A DNA stretch of 63,986 bases, filler included, from Sphacelaria rigidula (lineage: Eukaryota), in NCBI GenBank assembly GCA_964200075.2. It is 6 parts of 6 records of this genome, joined end to end, with 100 filler letters (N's around TTAATTAATTAA, not from the genome) between each part and the next. Parts side by side here need not be neighbours in the genome. Positions count along the whole stretch, not along the records: positions 42,729 to 53,307 come from CAXNAA020006250.1; positions 53,408 to 63,986 come from CAXNAA020006251.1; 4 more parts are not named here. One strand, 5' to 3'. The notes under the pieces were generated by a model. It did no database searches. It was given only the letters and a program-made list of their open reading frames with translations, and was not told the DNA's origin. Shown in pieces: positions 52,421 through 63,986 of the stretch. The position numbers were made by a program, and so were the translations under genes. The stretch's first letter is position 1. Each line of letters starts with the position of its first letter.

Positions 52421-52943
52421 TTGAAAGGACTGAACAAAAGACAGCAGGGGCCAATCGCCCCAGCGAAGACGCGATTTTCTTGTTTTGCCATATCATGCCG
52501 ACAAGGTGTAGGTTTGTTTGAACCATACGTCGGACGACAAAACACACAGCTGGTTGACAGCACTGATGGCAGCACGCCGGAGTTTGTGTTTCAGTGCGGA
52601 GCGATGGCACGATAAGCTGCGTCTTGCCGTTGATCCCAGTAAAGGAAAACAGCGCCCATACATACCGGCTCTGCACGCAATTGGCTGCAGGGTCAAACTT
52701 AGTTACCAGTTCCCCGGGATAATTCCCATACATATGACAAATATTGACGTGTTCATGAAAAATATCTTGCGTGGCGAGACGAGAGCAGTTCAAAATCTCA
52801 AATGTTGCGTCGTCGAACTCGATCCACCCATGAGGGTGTCGATGTCGACCGGGGGTGTGATGGACTTACAGAACATACAAAACTGTCGGGTGCCGGTATG
52901 AAATATTCACAGGGGTGACAGGATTGAGGAACATACAGCAGTA

Positions 52944-53190
52944 GCCGGTCGCCCCGGTGGCTCAGACGGTAACCTCGAGACCTTCTGACGGTTAGGCGGT
53001 GGGTTCAAATCTCGAGAAGACCTGGGATTTTCTCCCACACAATGCCCAACAGTGGAGAGCGATTAAGTCGTGAATACACACAGTTCGACTTCACGGTCGA
53101 CGGGGGAAGGGATCGCTGGACCCTTCTCTCGGTAAAAAAAAAGGCAAGCCCCGCAGAAGGAAGTTGGGGTACTAAAAAAAATTGAAAAGG
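52944..53190 (+). mobile_element. tRNA-derived SINE, family B
   Basis: GCCCCGGTGGCTCAGACGG (A box), GGTTCAAATC (B box), shared body, A-rich tail. Confidence 0.75.
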
Positions 53191-53307
53191 AAAAAGGCCT
53201 GTGTTAGCCTTCCTCTGTGCGAAAAAAGTATTTTCAGGGCCTGTCTTAGGCCGCTTCCTATAACAGACAAAAATTAAAACCCAGAAAAATGTCTTTTTGG
53301 AGCTTTT

Positions 53308-53407
53308 NNNNNNNNNNNNNNNNNNNNNNNNNNNNNNNNNNNNNNNNNNNNTTAATTAATTAANNNNNNNNNNNNNNNNNNNNNNNNNNNNNNNNNNNNN
53401 NNNNNNN
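53308..53407. other. Artificial contig linker
   Basis: 44 N + TTAATTAATTAA + 44 N. Confidence 0.99.
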
Positions 53408-53837
53408 ATCGTTGAGGGAGAGCGTGTCGGAGTGCGTTTTTTTTTTTTAGTGCGGCAGGTTCACGTCAGCAATCAACCCGCACTGGGTATCAGTGGGGTG
53501 CAGTAGCGTCACGGAAAATGTCGAACGCACGGCCCAATTCGACGAGTCTTGAGCTGAAATTTCAGGAAGACCTTCTGTACCCAAGGAACTGATACTTCAC
53601 GAGTTCAGCTGCAGATTCTCCACTTTTCTTGGACTTGTGGCATTATCTAGTTTTTGCTGAAAGTTCAAATGCCCATATATTTCTTCTTTTTTATTTTTTC
53701 CTTTACTGCTCACGTGATCTTCTGCATTTTCATCATAAAAAGCTGCTGCCAAAATTTCAGCGTCCAACTCCCAATATCTCGCCGTGCGTCGCCTGAGCGA
53801 GGTTCGCGCCTACGCTTGGCTGGCCCAGCTCGTACTG

Positions 53838-54310
53838 CAAGTTTGTGTTCTGTAGGGTACGATTTTCAGTATACCCGGGGTATTTGCCCGGGTATTTACC
53901 GTACCTGACACTTTCATACCGGTATCCGACAGTTCTGTAAAGTTTGTAATAATTTCATACCCTTACCCGATAATTCTGTGAGTTCTGTCAGCCCCCCGTA
54001 CAGTTACCGGGGGCACGGGTATGCTTTTGATAAGATACCCAGTTGTGGGTACGGCTTTCTGTGCAGCCTTCATAACCTGCCCGACAGTTCTGCGAGTTTT
54101 GTACATGTTGTATGCCCGTACCCGGATCGCGGGTATGCCCTTAAATAAATACCCGATTGCCGGTACGGTTATCTGTGAGCCTCCTGTACCGTACCCGACA
54201 AGTTCTGTAATTTCTTCGAGACTTTCAAACCGGAACCCGATATTTCTGTAAGTTCTGGAAGGAATCCCATATCCTACGAGCATACTCGTACCCTACAGAA
54301 CACAACCTTA
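53838..54310. mobile_element. Non-autonomous TIR element with internal GTTCTGT/TACCCG repeats (hAT-like)
   Basis: Ends CAAGTTTGTGTTCTGTAGGGTAC and GTACCCTACAGAACACAACCTTA; flanking 8-mers match only 4 of 8, so superfamily is tentative. Confidence 0.7.
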
Positions 54311-57087
54311 GAACACTGGTACGGTTGTCGTAAGCCGGGGGGTGCGAATGTTCTTGCGACACGGGAGAAAAAAATCAAGACGGACAGCCGAGACTGCAGG
54401 CTTTTCAAACCAATGAACAGCGCTGTGCTTCCACTCTTTTACTGGAACATTCCAAGCTAATTGCAGCAACCTAATGTACAGTAACAACCGCGTTTATCCC
54501 TTCTTTTTCACGTGCCTCCTTGTGCAGACTGCGAAGTCAAACGTGAGGATGAATTCAGATGTGGCGAGGGGGGTGATCCAAAGGGCATATGAAAACATTA
54601 TGCGAAGACCATTTTTATTTCATAATTTAACGGAATTTTACTGGAACCTGAAAACTGATCATTGCCTTGAACTCATGAAAAAGAAATATTGGGTTCACGC
54701 ATAACTTTTTTGATTGTGCCCCATTGATTGTCCATAACAAATCTTGGGACACTTGACGGCTACTTCTAATGTATCAAAAAATGAAACTTGTCGAAGGTGC
54801 ATTTTTGGCTCTTCTCCGTCGTTTTTCCCCCCAAAAAGGGCTACGCGGATGTTGACACGTTGGAGAGACCTGCTCTACACGCTGAGACGTTCCAGAGCAC
54901 CCTTGCGTTTTCCGTAGGTCACGGTTTCGTGTTCGTCCAAACTTGCATTTTCAATAACAAACGGTCGAGTGCCCGAAAGATATCACATCAATTTGCGAAT
55001 GGGCAGTTAACAAACGGGGCGGTAACATTCGGAACAGGATTTTGCAGGTCCCTCACTGGCCTACGTTTGGTGTTTGTGCATTGAATTTTTTTGTCGGGCC
55101 TCGCTAGGGCACAATGAACCAAAAAAAGTGGGTCAGTTTTTTTCTTCACTGGTTTAGGGCGTTCTAGTAAGGTAATGAACGTTTTTCACGAGGACGCCCA
55201 AACCCCTTCTCCCCCGAAAATGTTTTTTTTTTTCAACGTACCTTATCCCCCCGTGCTACCAGCTTGACTTGTTTGCATCCTCCTCTCCTCACGGAGACTC
55301 TGCTGCTGCATATTACAGATGAATAATTTTCGAATCGCCCACCGCTTTTAATGAGATTTGAATGCCATGTAAGGCTTTTAGCTCCTCAATATGAGGGGTC
55401 ACATAATCTACAATTTACAACATTTTTGAAGGAAAAACAAGCCAAATAGTACAATTTCTCTCGCCTCCGGCGGCGCTCCCGCGGGCCCCCTCACCAGCCG
55501 GGGGGGGGGGGGGGGGGGCCCGCCCCCCGAGGTTCCCGACGCGGGGCGGGCCAGCTTGAACTTCAGTGGCCAGATCAGCCAGTTCACAGCCCTACATCTT
55601 CATGCTTGCTCACGTCAACAGAGATCGCCAGCAGCCTACTGCATATTCTATCGTAGACAATGTTTGTCACGGTGTGTAACACCCCTGCGTGATGAGACAT
55701 TTAATCTCGATTTTCATGAAGCAATGTGACGGCCACACCACCCAAACTCACATCCCTGCAACGCCCTTTTTTTCAATTTAGATTCGAAATCAAGTTTGGG
55801 AGTGACGCGTATCCTATTCTGAGAGATTAACGTAGAAAAACTGATCACCTAGGGGTGTTATACCCCGTCATCGGAGAGGCGATTTTCGAGTGGCAGCGAT
55901 GAGCCAACCGACCCGATATCTCTTCTCGCCGCAGTTGCAGGTCAAAATTAAACGGAAAGTACACCCACCCGGGGCAATGCATGTACAGAGTGTATGGCCG
56001 CAGGAAACACGTGCATCGCTTGCATATTGTCTCGGCTGTCCACGTGTGTATGGACGTAAGACACATGAGCGTAGAGTATCTCAAACGACACCATACACCG
56101 TACTTTGAAGCCCGCAAAGAACTTACAGCACATCGGAAGCGAACCGCACACCTGATCAGCAGCTGCACTGGCGTTGTTGCCCGTTCTCTCTCACCCTGTT
56201 TACCGGTAACAGCAGTCTCAAAAGTCCGAAGCCAGGGAACTCTTGCTCTCTGTTGACCTCTATTACTCACGATCAGTGATGCAGGCGACACATCAACACG
56301 CTCCACCGTTCCAACTGCTCAGACCCGCGTTCGCAAGGTCAAGATAACTGCATTTCTCCTCAGCGAATATACTGCGAGAGGGAGGGAATTCTACCAGAAG
56401 CTAGCTCAGAGCGGTTTTCGACCCGGCTGATCGGTAGTCAATATAATCTACGTCGTGCGCAGATTCCAAGAACCGGCCAGCCAGGGAGAAAAATCTCCCA
56501 TGTACGGGTACTTCGTCGATTTTTTATCATGATTCTATTTTTATCACTACTATACTTTTCATAAGCCGTGTTTGGATGAGATGAAGGGCTCCTAACAATT
56601 CTAAACTACCAACCCCTGAACCTCAGACAATATTTTTTGTGCATCCCTATCGCAGTATCTCTCTCTAGCGCAACGAATAGGTAAAAATTAAAAATTTGGG
56701 TCTGTAAAATTATCCTGGAGAGTGATCCGGATTGGTTCACCCCCCTTGTGCTATGCAGAGCTCGGTTGGGAATTTTCGTCGTTGGGTACTTCCCTGACTA
56801 TTTCTCGCTTAGTGTTCCTCCTTAGCACTTGAAAGCCCTGGCGTCGATATATATTGGGAAAAGAAGCAGGTCGTGCTCATGGCACAATCCTCAATTGGTG
56901 TTGTCGGGGTCGTACGTATTAAGTACTTTGTTTATCAGGGGTGTTATCGACCGTCACTACTCCAAAAACATAGTTTTTCAGCTCTTCTAGCAAGCGCAAT
57001 CAATAGGTAGAAATTCAAAAAGAATTGAGCATTCTGCATTTGTTCACGATAACAAGTGGGATTGCTTCAATATTACAAACATCCTCA

Positions 57088-57347
57088 GAGTGATGCTACG
57101 GTAGGGGTGCACAACTTTTTTCTGAGGTTAGAATTGTTAGGAGCCCTTGATCTCATGTAAAACACGACCTATGAAGATATGTGAAAGTACGCCAGGATCA
57201 CTACTACTCCAATATGCTGGGGATATCCCAAATGAATTTGCAAACCGGGATGCCCTGACCCATGTTTTTGTGCATCTAGAATCGTTAGGAGCCCCTGAAC
57301 TAGACATAATTTCGCGAAAAAAGTGCACCCCTACCGTAGCATTGCTC
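57088..57347. mobile_element. Sola-type MITE (260 bp)
   Basis: 25-bp TIRs GAGTGATGCTACGGTAGGGGTGCAC and GTGCACCCCTACCGTAGCATTGCTC, GAG..CTC termini, 4-bp TSD CTCA at 57084-57087 and 57348-57351. Confidence 0.8.
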
Positions 57348-57840
57348 CTCAAGGGTCAGAGCCTGGGGCTGGGGAGTCAAGGACCCCCGAAAAACGGTCA
57401 GCCCGTAGGTTGTTAAATAGTTGAAAGCAGATTTTTTTTTTCAGATTGCGGAGCGAACACATAGTAATACCTAGTATCTCCCGGTCCTCAATTTTTGGAA
57501 TCAAAGGTTCACCGGTATGAGCGGTGGCAAGCGAAGGTCACCGAATCGTGGTAAGTATAGTGGCCCTGCACGCTACGAGTAGTGCGTCTGCCGTCTTCCT
57601 CGCTATTTTTTGTTAGTTGTCCCTGTGGGTACCCGGGGATGTCTTGACGCTCGCGTGGTATCAGCAGTATACACACGTCTCTTGAGTTCTTTCACTTTAT
57701 TGGCAGATCTGATATGCATGTTTCACCACACAACGCGAGTTTCTTACTCCTGTACTCTGTTTTCATGACCGTCCATCTTTTCGCTTTGCTTTATTTTCAT
57801 ATGGAGTTGCAAAAGAAACCGCTCAATGAAAACTTTCATC

Positions 57841-58090
57841 ACCCCAGTGGCTCAATTGGTAACCTCGAACCGTCCTGACGGGTCGTAGGTTCGAATCTCG
57901 GTGAAGTCACACGATCTGGGATTTCTCTTCACACCATGCCCAGCATTGGAGAGGGACTATGTCGTGGGCACGCAAATTCGACGTCACGGTCGACGAGGGA
58001 AAAGGATTGCTGAACCCCCCTCGCGATAAAAATAAGGCAAGCACCGCAGAGGGGCAAGTACCAAAACAAGATAAAAAATAAAAATAAATT
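57841..58090 (+). mobile_element. tRNA-derived SINE, family B
   Basis: CCCCAGTGGCTCAATTGG (A box), GGTTCGAATCTC (B box), shared body, A-rich tail. Confidence 0.75.
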
Positions 58091-61000
58091 CCTATGATGG
58101 CCCTCCTCCTGTGTGACGCCAGCTGATGCGCCCACATATCCCGAAAAGCGTACACTCACGTCCAGAATAAACGGGATAACACACGCAACACAGACATTAT
58201 GTAAGGATCACTAGTTACGGTAGTTGAAAGGCGAGCCCATACAACACTTACTTGTGTGACCACGGGTTCGAGAGATGTTGATGATGTCGAAAATTATGAA
58301 GATAAGAGGGGGGTACAGTAGAGGAGCGGGAAGAGTTGCATACAGGTGCGGGACAAAAAAGAGACTTTGGTTTCAAAATGAGGTGCGGAATAGAGATGCG
58401 AGGGTGTCGGAACGGTCACGTTGGTTCCCTTTGAACAACAAAAATCAAAATCCTACTTTTCATATTTGCAGGACCCTACACACACAAACCCAGGGGAATC
58501 GACGGGATCCCGACTACATGCAGTGACCGCAGACAGAGAAATAAAGTGATCCACTCTACACGGCACTCTGTTCTTGGGAAGTCGACCAAGAAACAACGAC
58601 TCGATCACTTCATGTTCTCACAACCAAAAATCCCCCTCGCAAATGTTACGATCATTTTAACGCCCGACACTCCTCCCACAACCCGTCCAATCAAATCCAT
58701 ATATTACGATTGCGGAAGTATACAAAACCGACGGGACAACTAGATACCCACCAAAAACCGAACAAAAATAGTCGGCTTTCTACTATTCTAATAGCAAGAC
58801 ATGAAACACCACATGAATTTCGGTCCTCCACTTCCCTCTACGGCATCAAGGTCGATCGCACTCTGGGAATAACAAGCGCGAGCGCTCCATGTTGAGCTCG
58901 ATTACAAAGAAAAAGCGGAGGGCGCTTGAAGCAGGCTCGTACTTATCATGCTAGTGAAGTGCTATTATATCGATTATAGTGTAGAAAAGTTCCGTGAGAA
59001 CATAATCGGGAAGAGCCTAGAAGCGCCGCGATCGCTTGCTTGTTCTTTTTTTCCCCTCCTTCGAGTCACATCCCAGCAATTCTGTACGCATTCTTGACGA
59101 GAGGATACAGATATAACTAAAACTCTTCCAGACCAAAACGCCAACAGTTCGACTCCATAATGCAATCAAAATACTACTCACGGGAAGTAACTTCGCGGGG
59201 CGTTGTACACGGAGCGATTTTATCCCACATTGAAGGTGTAGGAAGTATGAGTTGTAACATGCGACATTATATTTCTCCGTTTTCAAGTAAAAGGAAAAAA
59301 AAACGCTCCTCCACTAACCCCCCCCCTCGTATTTCTTCGTGTACTTCTATGATTGATTCGAGTCTTCTTTGGCACATCCGTCACAAAATTAAATAAAAGG
59401 AGAAGGCAATCGACCCAACTAAGATAAAACAAATCTTCCCAGTTGACGCACAGGAACATTTGCATCTACCGCGCACACCGGAAAAAATCACACACACTTA
59501 ACACCTCGCTTCAATATCAATCAAATCCAAAGACCCATACAACGGTAAACCTGATAGGATTGCTCATCCTCCCCCCCCTTTTCCCCCCAAAGTCGGATCG
59601 CGAGAAGTTCCAACGACGAAATCGCGACGGCGATTATTCTCCATCCTCTCCTCACCCCTTTTGAAGCCGAGAACTAGCCAACAGGCCGCGAAAAAAAAAG
59701 GATAAGAAGGACAGCACCAAGCAAAACAACAGAAATAATAGAATCTACCAACAAGTCAGTCAACACACACAGACAGTTTTGTCGCGAAACAAGGTTCAGC
59801 ACAGGTAGCGCAGATCGGAAGCGTGAAAGCGTGTGGGGGTGTGGGGAGGGCACAAAAGCATTCAACGCTCGGGGAGAACGAAACGCTTGTGCACAGCAGG
59901 CAAAACCCCCAAAAAGACGTAAAGCACCTCACCACACCGTCTGCCATGTACAACACACAAAATTACACCAAATTCATCAACCAGACAGCTTTGTCGTCCA
60001 CCACTCACTTCAATTCAAGCAATAATTAAGAACTGGGAGTGGGGGCAAGACGAGAACAAGCGAAGGAACCAGTGTGACCAGTCGTTCCCGCTCCGTCAAC
60101 GGTCAATCCGAATCTTCCCCTGCCAACAGCGACAAATGCAGTGTTACGGAGGAGTCGTCGCTGCAGTATTTCGACCGCTCAACACAGGAACGATTTTTCC
60201 TGGTACGCATATTTTGACCCCCTCCCCCCCCGCGCGCGCCTCCCCCTCCTACGCGCAAGTACTGGAGTACGGCTAGCGTACAGTTAGTACGACTAGCAGA
60301 AAAAGCAGGGTCCAAACCACTCCTTTTTTCAAGTAGATTTTGCCACTTCGTCTCTTACCCGCGAGTCAGATTTTCGATGTCATCATATCCTGGGCACACC
60401 GAAATCGCCCCTCAAAAACATGTGTGTCATTTCAAATCTGGGTCACTAGACTCTGCATCATTACCCATGTACTTCCATCAATAATTGTTTCCCTTCTTTC
60501 CCGACACTCCAAACCCTCTTTGCCTCGCACCCAAGCCGCCAGGCTCATTACACCATCCCGAGACACATCCTCGTCAGCACACACAAGAAGAGCTGCACTC
60601 CGATCAACTACACAACAGATGGAATCGCGAGGCGGAAAAATCTTAAATAAAAACGCCCAGAAAAGGCTACAAATACAAAGCGCATACACGAGCCCGACAC
60701 AAGATGCGCTGCTACCGCGCGCTCCTTTGAAATCGGGATACAAATGACAACAGCAACGGACTCTGTTTGCCTCTCTCCCGCCCCTCCCAGCCTTTACGGG
60801 GTTTACCAGGGACGCTTGGGGGCGGCTAGAGTTCACACTAAGAAATACACATTGGAAAGGATAGTATGTTCATTTTTCCTGCTCACCCGCCCTTCGCTCG
60901 AGTCAAGATCTACGTGGATCTTTACGTCACGAGGGCGATCCTACGAGTACTTTTGCATCAAAGTTATCTCGCCAATCCATCATTTCAGCTCCCTACGCTA

Positions 61001-63532
61001 TACGAGCTTCCAGACACAAAGCATTCCGGGAATATACCTGGAGCGATCATTACACAAAGCACCACCCATCAAACACTCTCCTGACTGCGATAAATGACGT
61101 GACGGTGTCATCGTTGCTTCGGGCACGTCAAGAACCGGACACTAAAATGAAATTTATTATGATACTATGACGGCTGGAAATGTGTACAACCCATGACCAG
61201 ATACGACGTTTTTTTTCAATCCCCTCCCCCCCCCCCTCCCATGATTTTCTCAACCTCGTGTGTTCGCCTTCCCCCCTTTTCACCCGACACAACAACGCGG
61301 GCAAAAAGCCAAGACCTGCCCTCCCCCCCTCTCTTCCCCTCCCCCCATCCCTCGGCTTCGAGAAAACCGTCAACGATTCCAACACAACTCGCACGGTAGA
61401 AACCACCCCCTTCCTGACTTACGATCACATGAATAAGCCATATTTCGCCCAGGAGCGCTCGACTCCCGTAAGTAGATGCCCCTCCAGCGTAATTTTCAAA
61501 ATTCGCTTCTCTGCCGTCTCCTCTCCCTCAAGTACGCACCCGTCAAAACAATACCAGTACTGACCAAGTATAATATCTTTGTCAACGCACCAGTCAACAC
61601 TCGAACAACCTCCAGCCTCTACACATGCCTGTATGGTGTAAGGCTACGAAACCAATAGATCAAACTGCACACCAGTTTTCTGCCCCATGCTGCACAGGCC
61701 AGATGGCGCGCAAGAAAATACGACACACACACACATACATACCCCACTCGTGGGAGTCGGGGCCACATCAAAACTGTCTCAAGAAAATGACGCGTGAGAT
61801 CGGCCGGGATCTCGCATACCGCTGAGCTGTCCGTTCTTCCTTTCCCATGACCAGCATCATCTCGCTCGTTGATGTAGGCATCACACGGAGAGAAAACACA
61901 TACAAACTATCGCTCACTACACACGTGTACCACACCACGCAACAGGAAACACGTCGAAAACGATCAAGAAGGGCCTACAAAGGGAGGGGTTCATCAAATA
62001 AATAAAAAATAAGACATTCTCCACGCCGTCTGGTCCAAAGCCCGGCCGACTAAAACAAGAGACCCTCTACCCACACGCATCCGCCTCACGCAGCCGAAAA
62101 CCATCAAGACCATGGAGGGGAGGGAGCAGCGGTGAAGCACACACCACCTCAAAGACTAAAATTTGGGGCAACCCAACAGACACCACAACCCACCCGTGAC
62201 AGAACAAGGGCAACGACGAAAACAAAACCCCGAGAGTATCAAATAGACGAATCGAGCAACAGCTGGTAGCTTTTGCGGGGTTAAGGTATACGGAGAATGA
62301 GAGAGGACGACGAGGATGCCACTAAGCAGAGGGCACTCGCTCTATGCCTTCGCCCTCCCCCCCTCCTGCCCCCCTCGCACGGCCCCCTCTCGACCCAGGT
62401 TCACAGGAACAACACATCACACACCTCACATTCCACCCGTGCGATACGCACTACTTTCATCTCGTTCAAAGAAGCAGTTATCTAACAACGCGCCACGGGA
62501 CTGTATACACGACAAACAGTGCCAGTGGCGCAAACGGGATGAGATTTCCTCAAACGCGGTTCCCACTCCTGCACTGGCCTAAAACACCTAATACTCTGGG
62601 ACAACAAAACAAGGGGGAAAGGGGGGCATGGCAAAATCACCTTATGAACGACTGCAACATATATAAAATCAACACACACACACACACACACGGGGGGGGG
62701 AGGGGGTACCATTACCCCATTCTTCGAATTTCCGCAGTCGGATGCGGTCGAATACGCACAACTTCAGCAGCGCCCCTCCCCCCTTTGCCTTCCCTGATCC
62801 CTTCTCTCTGCTCTTCGATTGCAAGTGTCGGGCTATACGAGAAGGAAAGAGGAACGAAAACAGAAAGCCAACATTAAATATGTGGTCACCATAGGAAGCC
62901 GCACTTTTGTTATTTCTAAAATGAAAGGCGAGAGGCACTAAGGCGCGTTAGTCGCGGCGTCCCCTCCTTCCCCCCACGTGCAATAATCATTTGTCTATTG
63001 TCAACTTCTGTCGCGTCGTCACCAGAACTCAATCAGTCGGGCTAGGCGAGATGGTCGTAAGATAATATATCCTACTGATATGATGGAGGCACGAGGGGAG
63101 GTGTACGATGTACGGTGTACTAACTCATGATCTTGCATACCGCATTGTAAGACCACTGACCTCGCATCCCTGTAAAGCCGGGATGCACGGGCGAGTGGGG
63201 GCGGTTATGTTCCTTGCCTCGTTCAGGAGGAAGCTGTGATCTCCTCTACAATATGTCCGAACTGAACTCGCGACCCATTTGACGACCAGATGTACTGTGC
63301 AGCAGTAAGGTCCACGTTACTTCCATTTCGAAACTCAAATAACACAAGTAAACAATGGGATGGGGGTATCGCTGCCACACGACTGTTTCGAACCTCGATC
63401 ATTCTATCACAGGATACCGACACATGAAACTATTATGGTATCACCTCCTCTCGCCATCATACAAGGCTGACTCACTTCACGAAACTCGCCACATAACACA
63501 AAGGGAAAACTCCAAGATGCCGTCCAGAACAG

Positions 63533-63602
<70 letters not shown>

Positions 63603-63887
63603 TTAAANNNNNCCCACAAAACAAGGCGGACCCACTACCCGAAACCCCCCCCACACCACAAAGGAAAACCCCCAAGCTCCCCCCCCCACCCGCCCCCCCC
63701 CCCCCCCGCCGCCGCCGCCGCCGCCCCTCCTCTTCTCATCGCCCATACGTCCCCGCAATACATGGTCACTGTCTGCAGCTACAAGCGGTCGATTCACCGC
63801 TTCGCTGCTCCGCCGCAAACCCACTCACAACTCACTCCATCACGACTAAACTACCAATACAGACATCTTTCTCTTCTTCCGAACTCG

Positions 63888-63919
<32 letters not shown>

Positions 63920-63986
63920 ACCCACCCACCCCGCCCCGCCACCCCATCCCCCACCGAACCCCACGCGAACAAAACACAAACACAGG
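63533..63986. repeat. Poly-C / C-rich low-complexity tract with a 5-N gap
   Basis: 70 consecutive C at 63533-63602, further C runs and (CCG)n to the end. Confidence 0.9.

Noticed and set aside
52944..53020. Genuine tRNA genes at SINE heads (also 57841, 33196, 20320)
   Set aside because: A and B boxes are present but no proper cloverleaf, and each continues into a shared repeat body.
10628..53363. TTAATTAATTAA recurring every ~10.7 kb as a biological periodic motif
   Set aside because: Always centred in 44+44 N; it is a six-frame-stop assembly linker.
63355..63824. Poly-Pro and poly-Gly ORFs
   Set aside because: Translations of homopolymer C runs next to an N gap; run length may itself be a sequencing artefact.

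Overview
This is not one genomic locus. It is six contigs of near-identical, descending length (10583, 10582, 10582, 10581, 10579, 10579 bp) joined by 100-nt linkers (44 N + TTAATTAATTAA + 44 N), so adjacency across linkers has no biological meaning. The DNA is eukaryotic, intron-rich and repeat-rich, most consistent with a brown alga (inferred from gene structure, ROCO type and repeat families). Contig 1: two decayed RTE-type LINEs and a dead DIRS/Ngaro-type tyrosine-recombinase retrotransposon. Contig 2: one exon encoding the N-half of a Roc GTPase domain amid repeats. Contig 3: the intact four-exon 3' part of a ROCO (Roc-COR) gene with a TORNADO1-like tail. Contig 4: head-to-head proteasome alpha7 (PSMA3) and RBM18-like genes, both cut by contig ends. 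Contig 5: a probable decayed intronless SET-domain relic, a Cys-rich orphan exon and a 293-bp foldback. Contig 6: only MITEs, SINEs and skewed non-coding DNA. Best leads: a possible UGA read-through signal with hairpin between gag and pol of the YR element, the ROCO tail domain, the phase-compatible ROCO halves on two contigs, and the SET relic. All family assignments are by eye from motifs, not from database searches.
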